Shown here piece after piece: positions 51,171 through 61,816 of a DNA stretch of 64,000 bases. Where the stretch lies: contig CAWIYV010000011.1 in assembly GCA_963840455.1 (NCBI GenBank), positions 860,580-924,579 of the forward strand, written 5' to 3'. The position numbers and the translations under genes were made by a program. The DNA is from Nitrospirota bacterium (GTDB lineage Bacteria; Nitrospirota; UBA9217). The notes below the pieces were generated by a model, which saw only the letters and a program-made list of their open reading frames with translations, did no database searches and was not told where the DNA came from. Position 1 is the first letter of the stretch. Each line of letters begins with the position of its first letter.

Positions 51171-51296
51171 AACCGTTCCTCCTTGTCGGTAAATAGGGTG
51201 CGCATCCTTCCGCCTGTTGCGATACAATCCGGAATAACCTCCTTTGTCCTTTTTTTAAAAAAGCGACACAGTAAAACATGATCTCGGGTCCGGGAG

Positions 51297-51312
51297 TATG
51301 ATGTAAATCATA
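51297..51312. promoter_or_regulatory. CRP/FNR-family-like site upstream of the nitrite reductase
   Basis: TATGAT-GTAA-ATCATA palindrome, resembling TTGAT-N4-ATCAA. Confidence 0.45.
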
Positions 51313-51541
51313 GCACAACCCCCGACGCACATTTGTGTACATAATGCATCTATTTGCAGCGCTTGATCATGCTCCTTCGCCGCCGGCTTCTTTAATAGAG
51401 GACCGATGATGTTCGCACGGTTCCTCGCTTGGCCGGCCCCGCATAATTCGCATCCTGTGCCTTGACAAAGACCCCCTATCATCATATTATTAGGCTTCCG
51501 GCCGGGCACTGATGCCCGCGGGAAAGTCCCCGGAGAGGCTC

Positions 51542-51973
51542 ATGAAAGCAGACCAGATCTCCATATTTCTCGAGAACAAATCAGGGCGTCTTGCCGAGGT
51601 CACAGACCTGCTCGCCCGGAACAGCATAAACATCCGCGCCCTGTCCCTTGCCGATACGGCCGATTTCGGTATCTTCCGCCTGATCGTGAGCGACCCGGCC
51701 CGCGCGGCGGCGATCCTCAAGGACAATGGGTTCACAATCGGAAGGAACGAGGTCGTCGCGGTGGTGGTGCCCGACCGGCCGGGCGGCCTCGCCGGAATCC
51801 TCGGGACGCTCCAGGGCAAGGGCATAAACGTGGAGTACATGTACGCCTTTGTGCAGAAGAGCGAAGGCAACGCCGTGCTCATCTTCCGGTTCGACGAGGC
51901 GGACAAGGCCATCGCGGTGCTCCAGAAGGCCGGCGTGCGCGTCCTGAGCGGCGAGGAGATGCAGAAGCTTTAG
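51542..51973 (+). CDS. Tandem ACT-domain protein
   Basis: [13 protein letters not shown]...PDRPGGLA...INVEYMYAF. Confidence 0.92.
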   Translation: MKADQISIFLENKSGRLAEVTDLLARNSINIRALSLADTADFGIFRLIVSDPARAAAILKDNGFTIGRNEVVAVVVPDRPGGLAGILGTLQGKGINVEYMYAFVQKSEGNAVLIFRFDEADKAIAVLQKAGVRVLSGEEMQKL

Positions 51974-52024
51974 ATTTTACCCCCTCGGAACACGGGGATA
52001 CCTAACAGAGGAGGAACAAGGACC

Positions 52025-53167
52025 ATGAGAATCATGAAGCTCGTTACCGTAGCGCTGGCGATCGTCGCCATGTGCGTCGCGCCCGCCCTGGCGGCCGATA
52101 CGATCAAGGTGGGGGCGATCCTGGCCGTGACCGGACCGGCGTCGTTCCTGGGCGCGCCCGAGGCCAAGACCCTCGAGATGCTGACCGAAGAGCTGAACGC
52201 CAAGGGTGGCATCGGCGGCAAAAAGATCGAACTGATCATCAAGGATTCGGGCGCAAGCCCGGAGAAGGCGATCTCCTTCGCCAAGCAGCTGATCGAGGAA
52301 GAGAAGGTCTTCGCCATCATCGGCCCGTCTACGAGCGGCGAGACCATGGCGATCAAGAACCTTGCCGAGGAGAGCAAGACCATCTTGCTCTCCTGCGCGG
52401 CAGCCGAGGTCATTGTGAAGCCCGTGGCCAAGTATGTGTTCAAGACGCCCCAGATGGACCGCGACGCGGTCATCAGGATCTTCGAGCAAATGAAAAAGAT
52501 GAAGATCTCCAAGATCGGCGTCCTCTCCTCCAACACGGGCTTCGGCAAGGCCGGCAAGGAGCAGATCGAGAAGCTGGCGCCTGAGCACGGGATCCAGATC
52601 GCCGTGAGCGAGGTCTACGACAAGGCAGCCACGGACCTCACGGCGGAAGTGACGAAGGTCAGCGCCGCGAACGTCCAGGGCATCATCAACTGGTCCATCG
52701 AGCCGGCTCAGTCCATCTGCATCAAGAACGCCCGCCAGGTCTGCTCGAATGTCCCCGTTTTCCAGAGCCACGGCTTTGGGAACATCCAGTACGTCAAGTC
52801 AGCGGGCGCAGCGGCGGACGGCGTGATCTTCCCGGCAGGCCGGTTGCTCGTTGCGGAAACGCTGTCGGACAAGAACCCGCAGAAGGCCGTGCTCGTAGAC
52901 TATAAGAAGAAGTATGAGGCAAAGTACAAGGAGGACGTGAGCACCTTTGGCGGCCATGCCTATGATGCATTCCTGATCCTGACCAAGGCCATCGAGAAGG
53001 CCGGGGCCGACAAGGAGAAGGTCCGCACGGCCATCGAAACGACGAAAGGACTCGTTGGAACGGCGGGCGTGTTCAACTTCTCGGCCGAGGACCACAATGG
53101 TCTCGACAAGAACGCCTTCGAGATGCTGACGGTCAAGAATGGCAAATTCGTGGTCCTGGAGAACTAG
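52025..53167 (+). CDS. Branched-chain amino acid-type ABC substrate-binding protein
   Basis: Signal peptide, IKVGA....TG.A..LG, N..GGI.G..IEL. Confidence 0.92.
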   Translation: MRIMKLVTVALAIVAMCVAPALAADTIKVGAILAVTGPASFLGAPEAKTLEMLTEELNAKGGIGGKKIELIIKDSGASPEKAISFAKQLIEEEKVFAIIGPSTSGETMAIKNLAEESKTILLSCAAAEVIVKPVAKYVFKTPQMDRDAVIRIFEQMKKMKISKIGVLSSNTGFGKAGKEQIEKLAPEHGIQIAVSEVYDKAATDLTAEVTKVSAANVQGIINWSIEPAQSICIKNARQVCSNVPVFQSHGFGNIQYVKSAGAAADGVIFPAGRLLVAETLSDKNPQKAVLVDYKKKYEAKYKEDVSTFGGHAYDAFLILTKAIEKAGADKEKVRTAIETTKGLVGTAGVFNFSAEDHNGLDKNAFEMLTVKNGKFVVLEN

Positions 53168-53291
53168 GGCCCTCTCCGCAATGCGGTAAGATCAAGGGAG
53201 TATCCGGACTGCCGGATACTCCCTGTTGTTTGAAGACCGGGCCCGGCATGCACGCGATCATGCCCCGGCATACTGAGGAGACCTTACTTCC

Positions 53292-54436
53292 ATGAAGAGC
53301 ATGCGCTTTGTTGTACTGACCATCATGATCATCGCCGCTTTCGTCGCGCCCGCCCTGGCGGCCGATACCGTCAAGGTGGGGGCGATCCTGGCCGTGACCG
53401 GACCGGCATCGTTCCTGGGCGCGCCCGAGGCAAGGACCCTGGAGATGCTGACCGAGGAGCTGAACGCCAAGGGCGGCATCGGCGGCAAGAAGATCGAACT
53501 GATCATCAAGGACTCCGGAGCGAGCCCGGAGAAGGCGATCTCCTTCGCCAAGCAGCTCATCGAGGAGGAGAAGGTCTTCGCCATCATCGGCCCTTCCACC
53601 AGCGGCGAGACCATGGCCATCAAGAACATCGCCGAAGAGAATAAGACCATCCTGCTCTCCTGTGCGGCCGCCGAGGTCATCGTGAATCCCCTCGCGAAAT
53701 ACGTCTTCAAGGTCGCGCCCCGGGACAGCTATGCCGCCGAGAAGATCTATCATCAAATGAAGAAAATGGGCATTTCCCGAAGATCGGCGTGCTGTCCTCC
53801 AACACGGGCTTCGGCAAGGCGGGCAAGGAGCAGCTGGAGAAATACGCTCCCGATCATGGCATCACCATTGCGCTGAGCGAGGTCTATGACAAGTCGGCCA
53901 CGGACCTGACCGCCGAGGTGACCAAGCTCAAGGCGGCGAACGTGCAGGCGATCGTGAACTGGTCCATCGAGCCGGCGCAGGCGATCGTGATCAAGAACGC
54001 CCGCCAGATCGGGCTGACCGTGCCGATCTTCCAGAGCCACGGCTTCGCCAATATCCAGTACGCCAGGTCGGCAGGCGTGGCCGCGGAAGGCGTGATCTTC
54101 CCGGCGAGCAGGATCGTCGTTGCCGATCTGCTGCCCGACAAGCATCCGCAGAAGGCGGTCGTTGTGGCGTACAAGAACGCCTATGAGTCAAAGTTCAAGG
54201 AGGATGTGAGCACCTTCGGCGGCCATGGCTACGACGCCCTGATGATCCTGACCAAGGCGATCCAGACGGCGGGAACGGACCGCGAGAAGGTCCGCTCGGC
54301 CATCGAGAACCTGAAGGGCTTCGTGGGAACGGCCGGGATCTTCAACCTGTCCCCCACGGACCACAACGGCCTCGACATTGATGCCTTCGCCATGCTGACC
54401 GTGAAGAACGGCAAGTTCGCACTGTTGGAGAAATAA
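53292..54436 (+). pseudogene. Second substrate-binding protein, frameshifted at ~53777
   Basis: Two ORFs (53292-53876, 53789-54436) together align to the upstream paralog; ATT TCC CG AAG ATC vs ATC TCC AAG ATC. Confidence 0.8.
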
Positions 54437-54591
54437 CACCTATTTTTTCACAGCGAAGGCGCGGAACAAACGATGCGAGAGGCGAAAAATAGTATTTACC
54501 GCAGAGATCGCGGATACCGCAGGGAAAATAATTGTTTTCGAAACACCTCAGCGTGCTCGGCGTTCTCTGCGGTGGACATGGTTCTTAGAGA

Positions 54592-55482
54592 ATGTTCTTA
54601 GAATTGTTCTTCCAATACCTTGTCGCCGGCCTGACGTACGGCACCATCTACGCCATCGTCGGCATCGGGTTCAACATCATCTACAACACCACGGGCATCA
54701 TCAACTTCGCCCAGGGTGAGTTCGTCATGCTCGGCGGCATGACCGCCGTGACCCTCTATGCCTTCCTGCCACTGCCGCTTGCCATCGTCGGCGCCGTCCT
54801 CATCACCATGGCCGTCGGCGGGCTGATCGAGATGGTCTTCATCCGGTGGCTCGTGAAGCCGTCTGTCCTCCGGATGATCATCATCACCATCGGCATCTCC
54901 ATCCTCGTTCGCGAGGCGGCGCTCCTGATCTGGGGCGAGGGTGTCCGCTCCCTGCCCTACTTCACCGGCAACGAGATCTCCGCGCTCTCCTTCGGCGGCG
55001 TCCGCGTCTCGCCCCAGGTCCTCTGGAGCCTGGGGGTCTGCGCGGTGGTCGTCATCCTCCTGAACCTGTTCTTCAAGTTCACCATGCTCGGCCGTGAGAT
55101 GCGCGCCTGCGCCGCCAATCGCGACGCGGCCACGCTCTGCGGCATCCCGACACGGAACATGGTCACCCTGTCCTTCGTGCTCTCCGCCGGCATCGGCGCC
55201 CTGGCCGGGTGCGTGGTCTCGCCGATCACGCAGACGCAGTACTCCATTGGGAGCGGGCTCGCCATCAAGGGCTTTACCGTGGCAATCCTGGGCGGCCTCG
55301 GCAACAGCATGGCGGCCGTCGCCGCCGGCTTCATCCTCGGCATCCTCGAGTCCTTCAGCATCTGGGTCATGCCTACGGCATACAAGGACGCGATCTCCAT
55401 CTCCATCCTGCTGGCCATGCTGTTCCTCCGGCCCAGCGGCCTCTTCGGGAATCGCGAGGCCTTCAAGCTGAAGGAGTTCTGA
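54592..55482 (+). CDS. livH: Branched-chain amino acid ABC permease
   Basis: INFAQGEF.MLGG, G...RA...N...A.L.GI. Confidence 0.9.
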   Translation: MFLELFFQYLVAGLTYGTIYAIVGIGFNIIYNTTGIINFAQGEFVMLGGMTAVTLYAFLPLPLAIVGAVLITMAVGGLIEMVFIRWLVKPSVLRMIIITIGISILVREAALLIWGEGVRSLPYFTGNEISALSFGGVRVSPQVLWSLGVCAVVVILLNLFFKFTMLGREMRACAANRDAATLCGIPTRNMVTLSFVLSAGIGALAGCVVSPITQTQYSIGSGLAIKGFTVAILGGLGNSMAAVAAGFILGILESFSIWVMPTAYKDAISISILLAMLFLRPSGLFGNREAFKLKEF

Positions 55483-56540
55483 TGCGTAGCGGACGACACT
55501 TCCATATCCTGTTCCTCCTCGCTGCCGTAGCCGCGGTGCAGCTCCTGACGCTCGTCATGGGCAAGGGCTTCTATCTCACTCAGCTCACCATGACGGCATA
55601 CTATTCCCTCATCATCATCGGGCTCTGCCTGCTCATGGGATACGCGGGGCAGATCTCGCTCGGCCACGCCGGGTTCTTCGCCATCGGCGGCTATACCTCG
55701 GCGGTCCTTACCACGCTGGACCTGTCCGCATACAAGAGCTCGGCGATTACCGGGGTCCTCACCAAGCTGTCCGTCCTGACGGCCCGGCAGGACCTCTACG
55801 GGGGCCAGGTGCTCTCGCTCCACCCCTGGGCGGCCTGTATCGCCGCCGTCCTGCTGACTGTTGTCATCGCCTATGCCATCGGGATACCGGTCCTGAAGCT
55901 GAAGGGCCACTATCTCGCCATGGCGACGCTGGGCTTCGGCACCATCATCTACAGCATCGTGCTCGGTACGCAGCGGTTCGGGGCAGCCGACGGCATCTCG
56001 AGCGTGCCGGCCTTCCCGCTCCTGCCCGGCCTCACGGTGAGCGGCGGCGCAGGCCTCCGCATCTCGAACTACTACATCGCCTGGTGCCTCGTCGCCTGCG
56101 GCATGCTCCTGCTCCTGAACCTCATCAACTCGCGCGTCGGCAGGGCGCTCCGCTCCATTCACAGCGCCGAGGATGCGGCGAGCGCCATGGGCGTCGACAC
56201 CGCGCGCTACAAGCTCAGCACCTTCGTGCTTTCCGCGGTGCTCGCGGCCATCGCGGGCGTGTTCCTGACGCATTTCAATGGCGGCATCGGCCCCTCCGAG
56301 GCGTCTATCATGAAATCAGTCCGCTATGTCGCCATCGTCGCCGTGGGCGGCATGTCGAGCCTCTGGGGTACCCTTATCATGAGCGCGGTCCTGAACTTCC
56401 TGTCGCTTCGGGGATATTTCGGATCGCTCGACGACGCGGTCTTCGGGGCCATTCTGATCATCGTCATGCTTTTTTCGCCGGAAGGCATCCTGCAGTTCGA
56501 CGCGAAGGCGATGGTGAAGAAGCTGTTAAGAAGCATATAA
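55482..56540 (+). CDS. livM: Branched-chain amino acid ABC permease
   Basis: GYAGQISLGHAGF, LKGHYLAMATLGF. Confidence 0.9.
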   Translation: MRSGRHFHILFLLAAVAAVQLLTLVMGKGFYLTQLTMTAYYSLIIIGLCLLMGYAGQISLGHAGFFAIGGYTSAVLTTLDLSAYKSSAITGVLTKLSVLTARQDLYGGQVLSLHPWAACIAAVLLTVVIAYAIGIPVLKLKGHYLAMATLGFGTIIYSIVLGTQRFGAADGISSVPAFPLLPGLTVSGGAGLRISNYYIAWCLVACGMLLLLNLINSRVGRALRSIHSAEDAASAMGVDTARYKLSTFVLSAVLAAIAGVFLTHFNGGIGPSEASIMKSVRYVAIVAVGGMSSLWGTLIMSAVLNFLSLRGYFGSLDDAVFGAILIIVMLFSPEGILQFDAKAMVKKLLRSI

Positions 56541-56650
56541 AGCCACGGCGTTTTCACCACGGAGAACGCAGCGTCCGCGGAGTAAGGCCAGACGCCATCC
56601 GGATGTGTAAAATAGGTGATCAGCGCGCTCTCTGCGGCAATACGAATTCT

Positions 56651-57415
56651 ATGAACTTGCTTGAAGTACAAAATATCAGCAGGCGGTTCGGCGGGCTCCA
56701 GGCAGTAAAGGACGTGAGCTTCTCCGTACGCCAGGGCACGATCAAAGCGGTCATCGGGCCGAACGGGGCAGGTAAGACCACGCTCTTCAACGTGGTCTCC
56801 GGTTTCCTTGCCCCCGACACCGGCACGGTCCTGTTCCGTGACCGGCCGATACACGGCAGGAATCCCTTCGAGATCGCAGGCCTCGGACTTTCGCGGACCT
56901 TCCAGCATATCAAGCTCTTCTCTCACATGACCGCGCTCGAGAACGTGATGGTCGGGCGGCATGTGCGAAGCCGCGCCGGATTCGCGGCCGGGATGCTGAA
57001 CCTTCCCTGGACGAGGCAGGAGGACCGGGAGGTGCGCGGCCGCGCACTCGAGATCATGGACTTTCTCGGCATCGCCCCCTTCGCCGATATTGAGGCCACC
57101 AGCCTTTCGTACGGGCAGCAGCGTACCGTCGAGCTGGCGCGCGCACTTGCCTCGGAGCCGTCCCTGCTGCTCCTGGACGAGCCCGCCGCTGGCCTCAACA
57201 TGCGCGAGACCGCGGACATGGCGAAGCTGATCGCGAGGATTCGCGACCACGGCATCACGGTCCTGATCGTGGAGCACGATATGCAGCTCGTCATGAACAT
57301 CTCCGACGAGATCGTCGTGCTCTCCTACGGCGAGAAGATCGCCGACGACTGTCCGCTGGCGGTCCAGCAGGACCCCCATGTCGTCCGCGTATACTTGGGA
57401 GAGGACGATGCTTAG
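56651..57415 (+). CDS. livG: Branched-chain amino acid ABC ATPase
   Basis: IGPNGAGKTT, RTFQ, LSYGQQR, LDEPAAG. Confidence 0.92.
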   Translation: MNLLEVQNISRRFGGLQAVKDVSFSVRQGTIKAVIGPNGAGKTTLFNVVSGFLAPDTGTVLFRDRPIHGRNPFEIAGLGLSRTFQHIKLFSHMTALENVMVGRHVRSRAGFAAGMLNLPWTRQEDREVRGRALEIMDFLGIAPFADIEATSLSYGQQRTVELARALASEPSLLLLDEPAAGLNMRETADMAKLIARIRDHGITVLIVEHDMQLVMNISDEIVVLSYGEKIADDCPLAVQQDPHVVRVYLGEDDA

Positions 57416-58142
57416 GATACAGAACCTCGGCGCGGGATACGGGAGTTTGAACGTTCTCCGCAGGGTGTCCCTCCATGTCAAGGACGGCGAGATCGTCACG
57501 ATCATCGGCGCCAACGGCGCGGGCAAGACCACGCTCCTCAAGACCATCACCGGGCTGCTCCGTGCGCAGTCCGGCGAGGTCCTGTTCCGCGGCGAGGACA
57601 TCCAGCGCATCCCCCCGGAGCAGGTGGTCTTCCGGGGATGTTCTCTCGTGCCCGAAGGCCGCCAGGTCTTCGCCGCCATGCCCGTGAAGGAGAACCTGCT
57701 GCTCGGCGCCTACGTGCAGCACAAGCGCGGGAGGCACGACGAAGTAAAGAGCGACCTCGAGCGGATGTACGGCCTGTTCCCCGTGCTCAGGCAGCGGGAG
57801 CACCAGCTCGCCGGCACCTTGTCGGGCGGAGAACAGCAGATGCTTGCCATCGCGCGTGCGCTCATGGCACGGCCGTCGCTCATCATGCTCGACGAGCCAT
57901 CGATGGGTCTGGCGCCCCTCATCGTGAAGGACATTTTCGCGATCATCAGAAAGCTCCGCGAGGCAGGCAACACGGTGCTCCTCGTCGAGCAGAACGCGCG
58001 GAGCGCGCTCAGGATCTCGGACCGGGGGTACGTCCTTGAGACCGGCAGGATCATCCTCGAGGGCGAGGCAGGCGATCTCCTGGCGAACCGGGAGATCCAG
58101 CGGGCCTACCTTGGCAAGGACCTGGATGCGGAAAATATCTAA
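57408..58142 (+). CDS. livF: Branched-chain amino acid ABC ATPase
   Basis: GANGAGKTT, VPEGR.VF, LSGGEQQM, LVEQN. Confidence 0.92.
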   Translation: MLRIQNLGAGYGSLNVLRRVSLHVKDGEIVTIIGANGAGKTTLLKTITGLLRAQSGEVLFRGEDIQRIPPEQVVFRGCSLVPEGRQVFAAMPVKENLLLGAYVQHKRGRHDEVKSDLERMYGLFPVLRQREHQLAGTLSGGEQQMLAIARALMARPSLIMLDEPSMGLAPLIVKDIFAIIRKLREAGNTVLLVEQNARSALRISDRGYVLETGRIILEGEAGDLLANREIQRAYLGKDLDAENI

Positions 58143-58275
58143 ATGCAAAATCCGAATCATTAAACAAGCTCAAATGGTCAATACGGCAACGATGAAACAG
58201 CATTATGCGTCTTTTTTTATTCGTTTCGTGTTTCGATATTAAAGTTTCGAATTTGACGTACGCTGGGAGGTTCTT

Positions 58276-59574
58276 ATGTACTGGCAGCAGGAAAGCGAAT
58301 GCATGGACCGGAAGGAGCTGGAGCAGCTGCAGCTCGAGCGTCTCGAGTCCACCCTGAACCGGGTGTATCTGAACGTACCCTTCTACCGGAAGAAGTTCGA
58401 CGAGGTCGGCTTCAATCCTGACGACCTTCGCTCCCTCGACGACCTCCGGAAGCTGCCCTTCACGGTCAAGAACGACCTGCGGGACAATTACCCCTACGGC
58501 CTGTTCGCCGTTCCCCTCCGCGAGGTTGTGCGGGTCCACGCTTCGTCGGGGACAACGGGCATGGCCACGGTCGTGGGCTACACGCGGAACGACATCAAGA
58601 CCTGGTCGAACCTTGTCGCGAGGGTCCTCGTGGCCGGCGGCGTCACTGCCGACGACGTCATCCAGATCGCGTTCAACTATGGCCTCTTCACCGGCGCCTT
58701 CGGGCTTCACTACGGCTCGGAGCGCGTGGGCGCGTCGGTCATCCCGGCGTCGAGCGGCAACACCAAGCGCCAGATCAAGATCATGCAGGACTTCAAGACC
58801 ACGGCGCTCGTGTGCACGCCGAGCTACGCCATGCTGATCGCCGACACGGCCCGCGAGATGGGCATCAGCCCGAATTCCCTCTCGCTCAAGTGGGGCCTCT
58901 TCGGCGCCGAGCCCTGGTCCGACGCCATGCGCCGGGAACTGGAGGATAAGCTAAAGATCAAGGCCACGGACAACTACGGACTGTCGGAGGTCATGGGGCC
59001 GGGTGTGGCCGGCGAGTGCCTGCAGCAGAACGGCCTGCATATCAATGAGGACCACTTCCTCGTCGAGGTCATCGACCCGGACACCCTGGAGCCGGTAAAG
59101 GTCGGCGAGGTAGGCGAGCTGGTCATCACGACGCTCACCAAGGAGGCCTTCCCGATGATCCGCTACCGGACACGCGATCTGACGCGTCTCATCCCCGAAC
59201 CCTGCCCCTGCGGAAGGACCCTGCGCCGCATGGCGCGCATCACCGGCCGCACGGACGACATGCTGATCATCCGCGGCGTGAACGTCTTCCCACAGCAGAT
59301 CGAGGCCGTGCTGTTCGAGATCGAGGGCACCGAGCCCCATTACCAGATCATCATCGACCGGAAAGGCGCCCTGGACGACGCGACCGTGCTGGTGGAGGCT
59401 TCGGAAAAGATCTTCTTCGACGAGATGAAGAAGCAAAAGGAGCTCATCGACACGATCAAGAAGCGCATGGCGACTGAGCTTGGCATCGCGGTCGAGGTCA
59501 AACTGGTGGAAAAGAAGTCCATCGAGCGGTTCGAGGGCAAGGCGAAGAGGGTCATCGACAACCGGAGGCTCTGA
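58276..59574 (+). CDS. paaK: Phenylacetate-CoA ligase family
   Basis: [36 protein letters not shown]. Confidence 0.92.
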   Translation: MYWQQESECMDRKELEQLQLERLESTLNRVYLNVPFYRKKFDEVGFNPDDLRSLDDLRKLPFTVKNDLRDNYPYGLFAVPLREVVRVHASSGTTGMATVVGYTRNDIKTWSNLVARVLVAGGVTADDVIQIAFNYGLFTGAFGLHYGSERVGASVIPASSGNTKRQIKIMQDFKTTALVCTPSYAMLIADTAREMGISPNSLSLKWGLFGAEPWSDAMRRELEDKLKIKATDNYGLSEVMGPGVAGECLQQNGLHINEDHFLVEVIDPDTLEPVKVGEVGELVITTLTKEAFPMIRYRTRDLTRLIPEPCPCGRTLRRMARITGRTDDMLIIRGVNVFPQQIEAVLFEIEGTEPHYQIIIDRKGALDDATVLVEASEKIFFDEMKKQKELIDTIKKRMATELGIAVEVKLVEKKSIERFEGKAKRVIDNRRL

Positions 59575-59722
59575 GCAGGAACAGGTCCCGCCACGAGGCA
59601 GGAATCGCGGAGAAGAACAGCATCAGGATATCAAGCCTCGGCTTTACCGTTAAGACCTTCCTCTGCGTTCTCTGCGTCCTCTGCGGTGAAGGCAGTTGAC
59701 GTGTAATGGATATAATACTTTC

Positions 59723-60535
59723 ATGAACATCATCGACTTTCATACCCACATCTTTCCAGACCGGATCGCGAAACAGGCCGTTGAGCGCCTTGCCGAGGAG
59801 TCGGGCGAATACACGCCGCGCACCGATGGGACGCTCAAGGGACTGCTGGCATCCATGGACCATGCCGGCATCGGAGTGAGCGTCGTGGCGAACATCGCGA
59901 CGCGTCCGGCCCAGATGCTGCCGATCTTCGATTTTTGCAGGAACATCGCGGGCAAGCGCATCGCTCCCCTCATTTCGGTCCATCCCGGGAACAGCATGGA
60001 CGAAGTGAACTCGCTCTTTCTGCAGGCTGCAGATGCTGGCATCAGGGGCGTCAAGCTCCATCCCATGTATCAGGGGTTCTTCATCGACGACCGCAGGATG
60101 TATCCGATCTACCAGCTCATCGAGCACTTCGGGTTCTTCGTGGTATTTCACACCGGCTACGACATCGCTTTTCCGGGGAACACCCAGGCCGACGTGGAGC
60201 GCGTCAGCACCATCGCGAAGGAGTTCCGCGATCTCTCGATCGTGACCACGCATGTGGGAGGCTGGCGGCAGTGGGAACGGGCGGGCATTCTGGGAACATG
60301 CGAGAACGTTTACACCGAAACGTCTATGACGCTCACCGAGATGGCCGACGATGAGTTCGTGAAGGTCCTGTCGGAGTTCGACGAGGACCGGGTCCTTTTC
60401 GGAAGCGACAGCCCCTGGACGGACCAGAAAGAGATGCTTGACCGTACGCTGCGGCTCAGGTTGGCGGATGGAAGAAAGGAAAAGATGATGTATCGGAACG
60501 CGGCGGCATTGCTGGGGACCGGCGGACCATCATAA
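59723..60535 (+). CDS. Amidohydrolase_2 family metallohydrolase
   Basis: IDFHTH, G.KLHP, FHTG, LFGSD.PW. Confidence 0.9.
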   Translation: MNIIDFHTHIFPDRIAKQAVERLAEESGEYTPRTDGTLKGLLASMDHAGIGVSVVANIATRPAQMLPIFDFCRNIAGKRIAPLISVHPGNSMDEVNSLFLQAADAGIRGVKLHPMYQGFFIDDRRMYPIYQLIEHFGFFVVFHTGYDIAFPGNTQADVERVSTIAKEFRDLSIVTTHVGGWRQWERAGILGTCENVYTETSMTLTEMADDEFVKVLSEFDEDRVLFGSDSPWTDQKEMLDRTLRLRLADGRKEKMMYRNAAALLGTGGPS

Positions 60536-60602
60536 CGCGTCCGCCGATCTGTTTTTCTTGTGGAGATCTCTGACGTATGACGATGAAGACGAAAACAGCC
60601 AG

Positions 60603-60902
60603 CTAGTCTCCGTACGCCTTCGCCAAGTAGTCGGCAAGTGCCTCGAGCTCGTCGTCGGATATATCACAGGTCCCGCGCTGCATCCGGCTGAGCGTGAGCA
60701 CCCACCCCTTTCGGTCGCTGGCCTGCTCCTTGAACTTATCACGCTTGTGGCACTTGAGGCACTTCGTCTCGAACAGGGTCTTCCCGTCCACCTTCTTCGG
60801 TTTTTCGTCACCGCCGAAGGCGCTCGGCAGCATGAGCATCGATACCACCGCTAGAGCACAGACCAGGACCGAAAGAACGATGTTTCTTGTGAGCTTATTC
60901 AT
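60603..60902 (-). CDS. Small monoheme cytochrome c
   Basis: Signal peptide, CLKCH, W.....RM. Confidence 0.85.
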   Translation of the reverse strand: MNKLTRNIVLSVLVCALAVVSMLMLPSAFGGDEKPKKVDGKTLFETKCLKCHKRDKFKEQASDRKGWVLTLSRMQRGTCDISDDELEALADYLAKAYGD

Positions 60903-61247
60903 GGCACCCCCCGGCATGTTTCATTGTTCTGTTCAGGAATCAGCACTACGATGCAAAGCTAGCAGGCATACGGCATTTTGTCAATTATAGCACGGAATAA
61001 TAATCACGTGATGCTCTACGCAGTGATGCAGGAACCTCCCCCATGAAAACGCCTAAGCGGGGAATTATACTGCGATATTGGATGGGATGCCGGTTCTTTC
61101 CCGCTGTAGTGGCCGTTGTCCCTGATCGCTCAATACCGGCAGGGGAAACGAAGACCCTTCGGTCTGCCGGTTCACGGACAACTTTACGCCGGACGGGAAG
61201 TGGTCTATAATGAGCGCGTTCACCCTGGCTTGTCCGGAGAGGCCCCC

Positions 61248-61655
61248 ATGGACACATTGAAGAAGTTCGTTCACAAGGACCATTTTGCCCGTCACCTCGG
61301 CGTCGAAATGCTGGAATATGGCGGAGGCATGGCGCGGGCACGCATGAAGATCGGCGATCATCACCTGAACAGCGCCGGAACGGTCCACGGCGGCGCGATC
61401 TTCTCGCTTGCAGACGCGGTCTTCTCGATCGCCTCGAACTCCCACGGGACCCTTGCCCTGGCGATCAATGTGAGCATCTCTTTTTTCAAGGCCGTGAACA
61501 GCGGAACGCTGTTCGCCGAAGCCGAAGAGGTCTCTCTGAACCCCAGGCTCGCGACCTACCTCATTACCGTGACGGACGAGGCGGGCGGCAAGATCGCGCT
61601 CTTTCAGGGGACCGTGTACCGCAAGAAGGACAGCATCGCGGATATCGTCAAATGA
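61248..61655 (+). CDS. PaaI-family hotdog thioesterase
   Basis: N..G.VHGG..FSLAD....ASNS. Confidence 0.9.
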   Translation: MDTLKKFVHKDHFARHLGVEMLEYGGGMARARMKIGDHHLNSAGTVHGGAIFSLADAVFSIASNSHGTLALAINVSISFFKAVNSGTLFAEAEEVSLNPRLATYLITVTDEAGGKIALFQGTVYRKKDSIADIVK

Positions 61656-61816
61656 ACTGCCCCGTAGCAGGCTGCGGGATTGGCGAGCAATGAGAATAAC
61701 GATCGTTCCTTGAGGATCGAGGATTCCCTGCAGCTTGTTGCAGGGAGCATCAACAAATTGGATAGAGGACCCGATCCAGGTCCTGTTAGGCCTGCTCTTC
61801 TGTCAAGATCAATTGC

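Noticed and set aside
53770-53785. Programmed ribosomal frameshift in the second binding protein
   Set aside because: No in-frame X XXY YYZ slippery heptamer; mutation or sequencing error is simpler.
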